NCBI GenBank assembly: GCA_018398765.1
Contig: JAHBMJ010000505.1
Span: 1 to 46,536, forward strand
Direction: 5' to 3'
Source: Chromera velia
Lineage: Eukaryota
DNA length: 46,536 nt
This document shows, piece after piece, positions 24,898 through 36,650 of the stretch. The notes under the pieces are model-generated. The model saw only the letters and a list, made by a program, of their open reading frames with translations, searched no databases and was not told the origin of the DNA. The translations under genes and the position numbers were made by a program. Position 1 is the stretch's first letter; the number at the start of each line of letters is the position of its first letter.

Positions 24898-25640
24898 TTA
24901 ATTCTTCATTTCTGCAGGCTTCACTGGCACTGGGAGGTCTTCAATCATTTTTGGAATACCCACTTGTGCCAGTTGACCAACCTCTTTCCAATACTCCCTC
25001 TTCTTCTCTTTGTAGAGCCGTACTGCTTCGCTATCTCCCTCCTGAGGCAGCAGCGTGAACACCTGCCGGGAAGAATGCGTTGGCATCATCTCACGCTTTT
25101 GTCTCTCGGCCTCGAGTTTCTCTGCACGAGCCTTCTCCTTCTCCTGTTTTATTTTTTGTTTCTTTGTTGGCTTGGGCCTAAGTTCCCACCTTTTGCCTCC
25201 ATCACCTTTGACTGCCACCGATTCTTTCACTTTCTATTCTTTCACTTCCTTCCCTCCGTGGCCTCTGCCTACCTCCAGGACCTGTGACTCAACGTCACCA
25301 CCCCTAGTAGACGAATCTGCTGGAGAGACAACAGTTAGTTGAATGACCTCTGACAAAGGGGCATCGAAGGCCTGACTCCCTCTGAACTCCTCTCTTTGAT
25401 GGGCTTCTCTTTTTCTTTCATTCCACTGTCATTCCTGTCCCCTCTCCCTCCAAAATTTTCTTCCTCAACCGACTGGTTATCATCTGGCGGGCCCACTGTG
25501 ACAGGTGGCTTTGATTCTGAGTCAGAAGTGCATGTCCGAAAACCTTCTCCTATCGGACTCAACTCTATCTGGTTGCAGCTGAGAGTTGGAGGTGCAATAA
25601 TGTTAGCGGCCCTAATCGATTCTAAAGCCCAGCCATACAC
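24898..25640 (-). pseudogene. Degenerate internal ORF(s) of the non-autonomous LTR element
   Basis: ORFs 25335-25640 and 24898-25230 lie in the element sense orientation, are charged and Lys-rich, and show no gag zinc knuckle or pol motif. Confidence 0.35.
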
Positions 25641-25989
25641 CTCCCTCTCACCCCAAATTTCTCTCTCACTTCTCGGTTGTACTTCTTTTATCTCTCTTTC
25701 CCTTTACCAACGGATGCTACTCAAATTGAATCTCAACGTTGGGGCCGTTGGAACGCTATACAGGGCAATAGGCTCAGTAGGCTGCCCAGCGTTGTTGCCA
25801 AAGCCTCTCGTCTCTACTCTCTTCTGCTGGAATGCATTGATTTTGGTCCTCTTCACGGTGACTATTTCCTTCTTCTACTCCCTCTTACCTTTTTTTCTAG
25901 GAGAAGACTGTCTACAGACTGTGCAAAAGACTATATCCAACTATTGATCGTCCTCGTCTATGAACTCTGTAACGTCTCTGGTCAGGCCA

Positions 25990-26001
25990 GCTCTGCTACC
26001 A
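25990..26001 (-). promoter_or_regulatory. Primer-binding site, initiator tRNA-Met type
   Basis: TGGTAGCAGAGC abuts the 5' LTR and matches the widely used iMet PBS TGGTA(T/G)CAGAG. Confidence 0.8.
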
Positions 26002-26357
26002 CCTAACGAGGTGGCTTCGTGATGACGCTCATAAGTAGTAAGTCTCTGTCATGTACAGTCACTGTCAGTCAGTACTCCAATCTCTTGGGTTCAACGTAAA
26101 CAACAGATGACTTGCTATTGACTGCATGCAAGCATTATTAATTCTGCATGCATGCTGTATAGTGCGCTCAACGTCGCACCCACCGTAGACGTGGTTCTGA
26201 CATAAATGCTTGTCATCGTCACAGTGCAACCACCACAATACTACGAGCGGGAAGCATGTACAAGGAATTAATTGAACATTTAACTGAACCGAATGTATTT
26301 AATTTGTGATCATCAAAAAAATTAAGGATTTGATAAATTAAATTGAGCTTCACAGCA

Positions 26358-26430
26358 TGATGATTGAGGGTTAATTTTGTCATGCATGCCGCGTCCCCAT
26401 ATATAAGGGGCGGATCTAGCCTAGTTTGTC
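26358..26430 (-). repeat. ~70-bp 3'-terminal fragment of the same LINE family
   Basis: Aligns with 35780-35850 (TGATTGAGG..CATGCCGCGTCCCC..GGGGCGGATCTAGCCTAGT). Confidence 0.75.
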
Positions 26431-26744
26431 GATTTGTTTAGTTCTATTGAGCCGAGACTTCTTTTGCTATGACGCTCTATAGGCCGTGTGCATGCTGTAG
26501 CGCTCTATTGGCCGTGCATGATATCTGAACAGTTCTGCGCGTGGCCCCCGTCCATCTATATTGGTATGCATGTATGCGTTCACATATTTCCGGACATGCC
26601 GTAGCCTTGAAAATGTTCATGCATCGTATCGCACATACGTGAAGCAACAGTGCAACAATGCCGTCTCATCATATTCAATTTCCGTTCTCATTGTATGCAA
26701 TACAGAATCGAATTTATATATTCGATTGAATCGATCGATCGAGT

Positions 26745-29640
26745 GACTGTGAGGAGGCTGTGCGTACGTGTCCAGTCTGTCCTGCAGTCAATGCGGTGAA
26801 GCGACAGATTGGGAGTCGAGACGACTCTGAGCAGAACAAGCATCCCTTCAACTACAAGATCTTTCAGGACTTGACAGAGATATACGACAAAGGAATAGGT
26901 GGATTCGTCTACCTCTCTGTCATCGTTGACAGCAGCAAGCGCTTCAAGTCCCTCATGGCACTCACTACCAAGGATACCGCCCTCGATCACCTCATTGCCT
27001 GGACTGCCAAGTGGGGGGCACCCACCTGTGTCTGCACAGACAACGGTGGGGAGTTTATCAACCACGAGTACAAGAAGTTCTGTCGAGAACGAGGCATCAC
27101 ACATCTGACTGGGCTCGCGTACACTCCGGCAGTTCAGGGCATCGTCAAGAAGGCCAACAGAGAGATTAAGAAGGTGATGAAAAAGTTGCTTGATCAGTAC
27201 AAGTTCCCTCATTCTACCTGGCCCGCACTCCTTCCGGGTATGTGCTATGCTCTAAACACCACTGTACATTCAGTGTTGGGTGAGTCACCGTTCAAAGCTG
27301 TCTATCGCCGTCTTCCCCCCATGCACTCACTTCTCGTTGGCATACCCGTGCTTGCTTTTGATCCAAAGCCTCGAACGAAATCATTGTTTCTAAGGGGTGA
27401 AGTGGGCATTTTTGGGGGCGAGTGGAATGAGTCTTCCTACTCTGTTCTTGTAAAAAGAGAAAACAGATGGACAGCTTTGCGTCTGCATCCTGAGGCTCGC
27501 TACGTTCGTTCTGTTCACTCCTTTACTGCCTCTCATCTGCTTCCACTGCCGTCTGTTCCTGTGTTAACGGAAGTTGTCAGTGGTGATAGTCCACAGGAAG
27601 ACGAGTCGCATGCACACAGAAACAGAGAACAGACATCCATTGAGCTTCAGCCAGGTGTCGGTGTCTTTGCTTCTTTTGAGCATGGAGGTCCCACTTTCCC
27701 TGCTATCCTTGTTTGAGTCATACGTGCATCCGTTGATGTCTTTTTCTTGACAAAGCTTGATGGAATGAAAGGATGGAAGCGAGGAGAAATTGCTTATCTG
27801 CCGAAAGGAAATATTTCTTCTTCTTTCCCTCTTGAGGACGGTGAGCCTCCTCTCCATCTATCTACCTCTGAGCCCTCCGTGGCTTTAGGGGGCGGGCTAG
27901 GGGGCGGGGAAATGAATGTCTCTCTTTTTGAAGCCGCTCCATCTCTAAATAAACACATGGATGAGCCAGAGGCGGTCGATGGGGACTGGATCTTCCCTCC
28001 AGATCAGGAAAGGGAAGTGAAGATTGCTGACCTCTGCAAGCTCGTTGAGATGGCTGCCTCCGCTTAGGCAGTCAAAGTCCCAAAAAGTCATGTACCTGCG
28101 ACGAAAGAGGAGATAGCAAAGGGTGATTTCGATGAGTTAATCCTCATTGAGATGCGCAAGTACAAAAAAAACCTTGCCATCTACGTCATGGAGAAGGGAG
28201 AGATGCCTCCTGACTTCGACAAGGCCATTCCGATGCACTTTGTCCTGATGTGGAAGCTCAAGGGCAACCGCCAAGTTCCTAAAGCATGCCTCGTTATCAT
28301 GGGTCATCGAGATTCCATGGTGATCGAGACCTTCTCTGGCACTCCCGATCCTGGCCTCGTCAGAGCAGCTATCATCTACGCCCTTAGCAACTCCTTCGCG
28401 TGCGCTAAGTCTGACGTGTCCACAGCTTTCTTACAAGCCCCCATAGATGTGGGGAAGAAAGTCTACATCAAGCTCCCCACCGAGATTCCCGCTATCATGA
28501 CTGAAGAGCTTCCGGAGTACATACCGGGGGCGATTGTAAGTGCCAACAACGCCCTCTACGGATTGAAGTGGAGTCCACGCGTCTCTACTAAGTGGTTCAA
28601 GTCCAAGGCGAAGAAGTTTAGTTTCGAGCAGGCAAGCGAGTCTATCCTCGTTTGCAGAGATCCTTCAGGAGAGATCGATACCATTTTGATCATATATGTT
28701 GATGATCTTTGGGCATGGGGAAAGGATCCGATGGACATTCTCTATGCCATCAGGAAAGAGGTAGACATGGACCCTCCCAAGCTGCTCAGTGATGGTGCTC
28801 CACATACCTACGTCGGACAGACTGTCAGAATCATCAATAACATGCTGATCATCGACCAGACTGATTACCTTCAAGCGCTGGAATGTCTGACGGAGCTGGG
28901 GGATAAAGGAAAGAGAACTCTTCGCAGGTCTGATTTTTTCCCTTCCTCTCTCGATAAATCTGTTAATCCCTTGCTTGTCTCTCAGTATCAGTCATAGATA
29001 GGCAAGTTAGGATGGGTGTGTCGTACTCTGCCTGCCTATGCATTCGTATTCTCGTCCCTTTCACGATTCAATACCAAACCGACTGACCGATTGATTAATA
29101 CCCTTCGTCGTGTGATTGTACATGCACAGCTTTATGCAAAGCCTCTTGTCTTTGTCCGTCTGTTGTCCGTCCCTCTCCTTCGCGTCTGGTCAGATCTAGG
29201 GTCAGATGCATCTTTTTCTCTCAGAGAATATTCTGCACAGATAGGATTTGAGATTCAGTTGTTGGAGAAAGATGCTTCTCTGCCAAGCAAGAAAGAATGC
29301 AACACTGTTTTCTGGAAGTCACGTTCTCTGAAAGTGAAAGTCAGCTCAACAACTTCGGCTGAACTGATTGCTCTGCGCGATGTGGTTTAGGATATGGTGA
29401 AAGCTGCCTTTGAGTACTTTTGTTTTGTAGAGACGATGTGGAAAGCCAAGCCAACAGTTCAGTTCATTCTTGACTTTCAACCTCTGCTTGCACAGCTGGT
29501 CTCTGGTCGTGCCCATTCTGATCCCAGTCAGCAAGGCATGCTTGAGTTTATGCTGCAATGCAGAAAGGAAATGAATGCAGAGTTCGTGTATACGCGTGCG
29601 TGTCCCGACAGACGAGATGAGAGCAGATAGAATGACGAAG
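26745..29640 (+). pseudogene. Copia A pol remnant (integrase, reverse transcriptase, RNase H)
   Basis: CPVC, FQDL, IVD, TDNGGEF, GIVKKAN (integrase); SDVSTAFLQ, LYGLK, IYVDDL (RT); VWSD..ASF, SSTTSAEL (RNase H). Scattered in-frame stops. Confidence 0.93.
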
Positions 29641-30707
29641 TGTCTTCTGTCCGAGTGAGACTGTGAATTAAAAGAAGAATTAAAGAAGAAACGGCAAGCT
29701 GATAGTGATTGAGCGTTCTTTGTTTGTATGTTTCTTTTTCTTCATCTTCCTCTTTACATGTCTTCATGATTCTGTTCTTTTCCTTTTCTTTTCTTCGTTT
29801 CACTTTTACTCCCATATGACAAGAAAGTGAATGAAAGCATTTCATGCAATTTCATGCTTGTTGTTCGATTCTTTCTCGCAAGCTTTGTTTTCTTATTTCT
29901 TATTATGATTGATCTGGTCCTTCGCCGAAGATTGAAAGCTTTTGGTTATTTTTTAATCATTAATGCTTCAGTGAAGTAAGCCTGTCTTGCATGTGCATCC
30001 ATTGTGTCTGTTTGTGTTATGAATGTCAGTCAAGCATTACTCGTATCGTTGCAACGACACTCAGGGGGCGATCTGTTGAGCCGAGACTTCTTTTGCTGTG
30101 GTGCTCTATAGGCCGTGTGCATGCTGTAGCGCCCTATTGGCCGTGCATGATATCTGAACAGTTCCGCGCGTGGCCCCCGTCCATCTGTATCGGTGTGCAT
30201 GCATGCGTTCGCGTATTTCTGTGAATGTGATGGTCGGGGCGGGGCTGACGTGCGTGGCCCGATCAGATACCGCAGCGTGAATTCCTGGGGGGCCACGGCA
30301 TACGCGAGCGTGTGGGGGCCACGTGTTTTGCTGAGGAGACGGAGTTGATTCAGACTGATTGATCTGATGGCTGTGTGATTGAGAGTTGTCAGTCTGTTGT
30401 CGTACATCAGACAGTGCAGATCGTAAGATAAACAGACACCGCGCGTTTTAGACACACGTTCTCGTAGGCAGCTTATGTGCGTGTCTCGTCTCCAGCCTGA
30501 ATTAATTGAGGCTTCTAGATTGATCAGCAAAGGAACCTCTCGGAAAGGGAGCAATGCATACGGTGAGTTTGAACAGACCCTTATGTATCGTGTGCGTTGA
30601 GCAGCGGCAGCCTTCTAAACGTCTGAAAAACATTCACACCGTCATAATTTGGTGTTCTCCACGCGGGCTCAAACGTTTCGTTCTCTTTTTGTTGCAGACG
30701 TCTCGAA

Positions 30708-31781
30708 ATGCCAGGAGACAACTCCCAGGTTCCTGCAGCTGCCGGTGCTTCCCCTTCTCCTTCCAAGCCCCATGACTTCAACTGGGTGAACGAACTGAAC
30801 TCCATGGAAGGTTTTGAACTTTGGAGGAGAGAGTTCCTGAAGTTTGCCAAGTTCCAGCTCAAGGCCAAGTTCATTCCGGATGATGATAAGAGGAAAAAGC
30901 TCTGGACCCTGGTGTTATTGCGTGCTTTCAAGAAGTTCGACGACTTCAAAGACAGCATGCTCACCATCAAAGAGCAGGAGCAGAAGTTTGGGGAGGATCT
31001 TCTCGCCGTTGTCGCCGTTACGATTCTTGATCCCAAGGAATCGGAGCGCAGACAGTTCGAAGAGAGGTACATTGCGATGAAGAGAGAGAGGAGAGACGAC
31101 CTTTTCCAGGCCCTGGTGAAGGAGGACAAGCTCCTTGCCAAGGCAAAGGTGAAAGGCTACAAGCCTGATCCTTCCACTCAAAAGCGCACTCTTGAGAAGA
31201 TGTACTTGAATAAGGAGTGGCTGGATGGAGTGAGGAGGGCAGCCAGTGAATTGAAGAAGGAGTCCGATGCTCTAACGTATGCCGAGATCCATCCCCGTCT
31301 CGTCGAGGATGCCAAGATCCTCCATGGGAAGAGGGTTAGCAGGCAGGTGGAGGAGTCGTCCAAGCCTAAGACGACCCCACCTCCCAAGTATCAGGAGTTT
31401 TCTGGGGCGGCAGAGGGACGTGCGAAGAAGGGAAAGAAAGGAAAGGGGAAGAAGGGCAAGAAGGAAGTGACTCCCTCCCATGACGCCAATGCTGCTTCGT
31501 CCAGCAGCTCCCCATCCGGTCCCTCCAGTTCCCGCTGCTCCAGCTGCAGGTTTGTGCATAGGGGAGAGAAATGCCCTGCCAAGAACGCTACCTACGGCAT
31601 GAAAAACACGCCTGGGTGTGGGGAGAAGGGACATTTTGTGAGCTGCTGCCCGAAGAAGAGACAGCAGGGGAGAGAGGCCGCCGGGGCAGCGATTCCACGA
31701 GTCTCCGGCACCACCTTTGATATGAGAAAGGGGGATGAATGGGACGAGATGTCCTCCTCCTCTGCCAGTTCGGGTTTGTGA
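30708..31781 (+). CDS. Gag of Copia B
   Basis: 357-aa ORF directly after the PBS, with a C-terminal zinc-knuckle-like CGEKGHFVSCC preceded by a second Cys/His cluster. Confidence 0.85.
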   Translation: MPGDNSQVPAAAGASPSPSKPHDFNWVNELNSMEGFELWRREFLKFAKFQLKAKFIPDDDKRKKLWTLVLLRAFKKFDDFKDSMLTIKEQEQKFGEDLLAVVAVTILDPKESERRQFEERYIAMKRERRDDLFQALVKEDKLLAKAKVKGYKPDPSTQKRTLEKMYLNKEWLDGVRRAASELKKESDALTYAEIHPRLVEDAKILHGKRVSRQVEESSKPKTTPPPKYQEFSGAAEGRAKKGKKGKGKKGKKEVTPSHDANAASSSSSPSGPSSSRCSSCRFVHRGEKCPAKNATYGMKNTPGCGEKGHFVSCCPKKRQQGREAAGAAIPRVSGTTFDMRKGDEWDEMSSSSASSGL

Positions 31782-34700
31782 GTATCCCTGCCTTTGGGGG
31801 GCAAAGCAGCTCTTCCCCGGAACGCAGGGCAAATTCCAGAAGAGCTGCAGGGCGGGGGGGGTTCATTCGAGCCACCCTCCGTAACGCTGAGAAGTTTGCT
31901 GATGATGAGTTTGATGAAGTGGTGGAGAATAGACCAGTGCATCCTGTTGCGGCTTTTCTTGTCGCTTTCGTAGGAGAAGAGGAAGACAACTGTCAGTCGG
32001 GATTGACTGACAGTGGTTGTTCTTTATCTCTTTTTCCTCCTTGCTGTGAGAAGTTTGTTGTGTTGGAAGAGAGTAGGACAGTGCAGTTCCGTCTCGCTTC
32101 TGACGTTGCAGGCCTCTAGAGTGATAAGGTAAAGACGTGTCACCTCCCCGTTAAAGACAAAACGGGGAGGGTGCGTCTGGTACCTGAAAAAGCCGTCATT
32201 CACTCGTCCGTTGGTCGTGCTCTTTTCGCGTGTGCAAAGAAAGAGCTTTATCTTGGGAGAGAAAGTGGGAGGCCGAGTTGGCTGAGACTTACTGACATCG
32301 ATGGCAATCGTTTTGTTACGCCTGTTGATCAGTCTCGTTCTGTTCCTTTTGTTCTCTTTTTTGAGACTGAGGTGAAAGACTGATGGGGGGTGGCGTCGGC
32401 ATACTTGAGGAGGAGTGCAGACATGGCAGTTCAGCCAGCCAAGTCTCTTCATTCTTGTTTTTTCTCTGCATGTGCGGGGGAAGGGAAAGATGAGACGTCT
32501 CTTTCTGCAGAAAATAGAAAGCATCTCCTGTATGTGCTGCATTCTCATCTTGTGCACGCAACGGGGGAGCGACTCCTTTTGACGTTGAGAGAGAAGGGGG
32601 TCGGTCTCTCATACAGCCTGCAAGAGTGCAAGGATGTGCGGAGGGAGTGTAGGGCGTGTCGGAAAGTCAACTTCCGCCGTCGACGTTTGAAGCGTCGGGG
32701 GTGGAAGGCCAAGAAGCGTGGAAAGAGAAAGAGGGCTGGGGTAGAGGAGGCGCCCTCCGGAGTGGGGGGTGACGATGAGAGCGAGGGGAGTGACGAAGAG
32801 TCGTCTTCGGGGGACAGGCATCCCTCGGAGAAGTTCAACAGGATCATTTACCACAACATCAAGAACATGAAGAAGAAGGGTTACGGGGGGTTCAGATATA
32901 TCTCCGTGATTGTTGATTGGAAGTTCCGTTGCGTCTCTCTGAAGGCCCTTTGGTCGAAGGACCATGCAGAGAGGCACCTTCTTTCGTGGATCCGCCGTTG
33001 GGAGGTTGCTGGTTTCGGAAAGCCTCTGATTGTTCAGTCAGACAACGGTGGGGAGTTTTTAGGAGAGGAAAGGTATCTTTGGGTGTATGAAAATGAGGGG
33101 GTTGATAATGAATTTGGCCCGCCAGGCACTCTTGAGGTTCAGGCATTCGTAGAGAGAGCCAATTTGACCTTCATTTCTCTTTTGAACAAATTTTTATTGC
33201 AAGCACGCATTCTATTTTTCATGTGGCTGGCTGTCTTGCCGGGTGTTGCCAATGCACTGAATGATGTGGTACACAATTCGATCGGCCGTTTTCCGAATGC
33301 GTGTGTGTTTGGTCGGCCGTCTGGCATTCCCTCCATTTTTTGCGGTGATGTCGTGCGCATCACTGACCCTTCTTTCCGTCATTCCTTGCCCTTCGAAAAG
33401 AGTGAGCGTGTTCTTTTCGGGGGGGTAATAGGGCCGAGGGTCGTTTTGGTTCTTTTCTGCCGGGGAGGGAGATGGAAGGCACTGCGGGTCCATCTATTTC
33501 ACATCGTTCTAGAAGAGTGGGTTAGCGTAGGAACAAGAGACTTTGATGCCGACCGAAGGGGAATAGATGGAAGGAAGGAGCAGGAGATTCCCAGCAGAGA
33601 GTCAGACGGAGACTTCTGGGTTAGGTGGGATGCCGATGATGACCGCACAGATGGGGTGGTCGGGTCTGATGATGCGTTGTCAGACCATATGGATGCAGAG
33701 GGTGAGTTGCCTCCTGTAGATCCACCCAGAGGTGTTCGTTCCTCTGTGCTGAAGGGCGTTCTCGCGAGAGAGTCCAACGGCGCCCTCTTCCCTGCTCAGA
33801 TAGATAGAGAGGGGGAACAGCAGTTGAGGGGGGTGAGCATTGCAAGACTGAAGAAGCAGGAGGATGGTTCTTTTCGTCTTACCGAGTTTGATCGAATCGC
33901 ACAGAAAGACATCGTGGAGCGTTTTAATCTGCCTGCCGAGGGCAGACTCCCCGAGTCTATTCTGCAGCGCCTTGCAGAGGAGGCTCCACAGCCAGAGCCC
34001 CCAGTCCCTCAGCCTGTCACTGAGAACTCCGATCCCGTTGATGTTGACTTTCCATCCCCCGTTGATGGGGTGGTAGAGCAAGTTGCCAAAGAAGCGAGAG
34101 CAGCTGAGTTTGTTCGTTGGTCACAGATGACAAAGAAACAAAGGAAAGCAGCAGTGAGGGAGAACAGAGAGAAGCGATGCAAGTTGACAGAGAAGCGGAT
34201 CAGCAAGGCAATGGACATGCACTTTGAAGTCGCGTGTGCCGTCCTGAAAGCAGAGAGAGCGAGAAAGCTTTTGCAGAGAGAGAACAAAGCAAAAGGACAC
34301 ATTTTGGCCACCGAAGAGGAGATAGAGCAAGGTCTCTTCAAAGAGGCAGATCGGAAAGAGCTGGTTCGGTGGTGTGTTTGTTCTGTTTTTGATTTGTCTT
34401 CGCAGACTTTGACTCCCCAGCCGGGGGTGAAGGGTATCACCCTCCGTTGGATCCGGACGTGGAAGCTGAAGGAGGGGAAGAGAGTTGCGAAGTCAAGGCT
34501 CGTTGCCCGGGGGTTTCATGACCCTCGAGATTCAGAGCTTCTCGAAACCTACTCCGGGACTGCAGATGCAGGCCTGACAAGGGTTGCGTTTGTTTGGGCC
34601 CTCAGTCGGGGGTGGTAAGCAGCGAAGGTCGATGTGTCGACTGCCTTCCTGCAGGCTCCGATCGGTGAAGGTGTGTGGCTTCGTTTGCCTAATGACCTGC

Positions 34701-36650
34701 CGATTGAGGTCTATCCTGGCTTGCATTGTGGGGTGTACATCAAGATTGTGAAGGCCGTCTACGGACTGGCCGATGCTCCCAAGTGTTACACCGATTTCTT
34801 CAAGAAGAAGGTTCGTGGGCTGGGGTGAACAGAGGTTTGTGAGTCGATTCTCGTGAAGAGAAACAGAAAGGGGGAGGCGATTGGTTTGATGGTGATGCAC
34901 GTAGACGACCTGTTTGTGTTTTCTCCGTCTGTCGATGACGATATAGCAGCAGTACCTACGATGTTCAACACAGATGAGCCTAAGCGTATGGACAACGGAG
35001 AGATGCACACCTATGTTGGCATGTCGGTGCGCATGAGGGATGGTGAGATGCTCCTTGATCAGAGCGTCTACATCATGAACATGGCAGAGTCTGTCAGTCC
35101 AGAAGCGAAGAAGCCACTCACAGACAAAGACCTCCTTCTCCCGACTGAGAAGGATGTCGATCCTTCATTGTAGAAGGAGCAGCAAAGGAATGTGGGGGCA
35201 TTGGGATGGGCGGTTCGCACCCAGCCTAGCCTCTCATTTTTGTTTTCCCACCTGTCCCGCTCAAACACCCATCCGTCTCCCTAGTCCGTCTCCTGCCTCT
35301 GTGCTGGCTACTGAAAAAGCACTGTGGCATGCAAAGGTGACGGCCAAGCCTTTGAAGCTGAAAAAGGTGAGAGGGGTGCCCGTACTTGTTGTGTGGGTCG
35401 ATGCGTCCTACCAATTAAGTTTGAGAGAGGGGAGATTGGGATGGGAGATGCAGATCCTTGATCAAGAGGAGGTGGGTGATTTGGAGAGAGTGAGTGAGCA
35501 CAACACCGTTGTGTTCGCGAGCAAGAAGTGCACTCGAAAGCTCGGGTCCACCACCACTGCAGAGTTGTTTGCGATGCGTGATGGTGTCAAGCTTTCCTTC
35601 AGTGTGTTTAACTTGATTAAGAAACTTTGGGGGGTGTTTCCCAAGGTTCTCGTTGTGAGTGATTCGCAGACCTTAATGAATCAGTTGGCCAGTAGGCAGT
35701 GCAAGAGTGAGCCTCATCAGCAGGTTGAGCTTGAGTATGTCTTGCAGGAGTTAGCAGATTTGGGGGCAACGGTTAAGTGATGATTGAGGTTTTTGTTATG
35801 CATGCCGCGTCCCCGTGTATGAGGGGCGGATCTAGCCTAGTCTGTCAAAAGGTTCCGGTTCGTCCCGTCTGTTCTGAATCTAGGAACACTGCTTATTGAT
35901 CACTTTTACTGCGGCTTATTTCTCAAGCGGCGGTAGAGTAGAACTTGGAGAACAACGAAAAGAGGGGAGAGGCAGGGCAAAAACTTTCTAAAAGTTTGTC
36001 CCCTTGGCAAAGGCTCCCCTTTGACGGCAGAGAACAACTTCAAAGAGACCCCCCCCATTAATTTGCCCCTCATTTTCTCAACCTTCTTTTCTTCCTTTCC
36101 TTTCATGCGTTTGCCCCCCCCTTTTTTTCCCTTCTTGTTTGTATACAAAGAATCAATTACAAAAGGATCGCTTAGTTTGCGCCCTCCGAGTCAAAAGACC
36201 TGGAGAACGCTGCAACCTCCCTACCGAGAAGGCACTCAGGCTGGAAGGGCCCTCTGGTTCCCCTCCTGCTGTGAATTGAACAGAGAAGATTTGCGGCAAC
36301 GAAACGCTGTAGCGTACAGGAAAGAACTTTATAATACCGGTCCATCAGCCTTGTCTGCACTGCCTCGTCTCCCTCTCATCCTCTCACTCTTCTGGCTCCC
36401 AACTTCGCTATCTCTTTCAAAAAATGAATTGTCCCCTCTCCTGGTCTCCCATATGTCTCAAACACAAGAGGAACAAACCGAAATCCAATTTCATGACAGA
36501 TCTCACCATACCTATCGTTTTTAACCTTTTTCATCGCCTTTGCTGCCAACCCTACTGTTTTTGCGAATCTTCGCAGGCGGTTGGCAACGGTTAAGTGGGT
36601 GCCCACTGGTCAGTAGAAAGCTGATCCTTAGACCAAATTTTTGAAAGTCT
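31772..36650 (+). pseudogene. Pol of Copia B (protease, integrase, RT, RNase H), interrupted by a LINE at 35780-36582
   Basis: LTDSGCS (protease); H..H..CRAC, SDNGGEF, VERAN (integrase); DVSTAFLQ, YGLADAP, HVDDL (RT); VDASY, TTAEL, SDSQ (RNase H). Frame resumes as KWVPTGQ*KADP after the insertion. Confidence 0.93.
35780..36582 (-). mobile_element. 5'-truncated non-LTR retrotransposon with restriction-like endonuclease C-terminus (CRE-like)
   Basis: 15-bp TSD GGCAACGGTTAAGTG at 35765-35779 and 36583-36597. Minus-strand peptide AAKAMKKVKNDRY..FRFVPLVFETYGRPG..LSCTLQR resembles the RLE C-terminus. Short TCA-repeat 3' tail. Confidence 0.85.

Larger units (their letters stand above)
23283..26245 (-). 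mobile_element. Non-autonomous LTR retroelement (2963 bp) with 244-bp LTRs and no recognisable pol
   Basis: Direct repeats 23283-23526 and 26002-26245. PBS TGGTAGCAGAGC on the minus strand at 25990-26001. Polypurine tract GGAGGGAGGGGGCA on the minus strand at 23527-23540. AGCGG at both 23278-23282 and 26246-26250. Confidence 0.88.

Noticed and set aside
35780..35852. Helitron 3' end (GC hairpin followed by CTAG-T)
   Set aside because: The sequence is the terminus of an insert bounded by a 15-bp TSD and encoding an RLE-like peptide on the other strand. Helitrons make no TSD.
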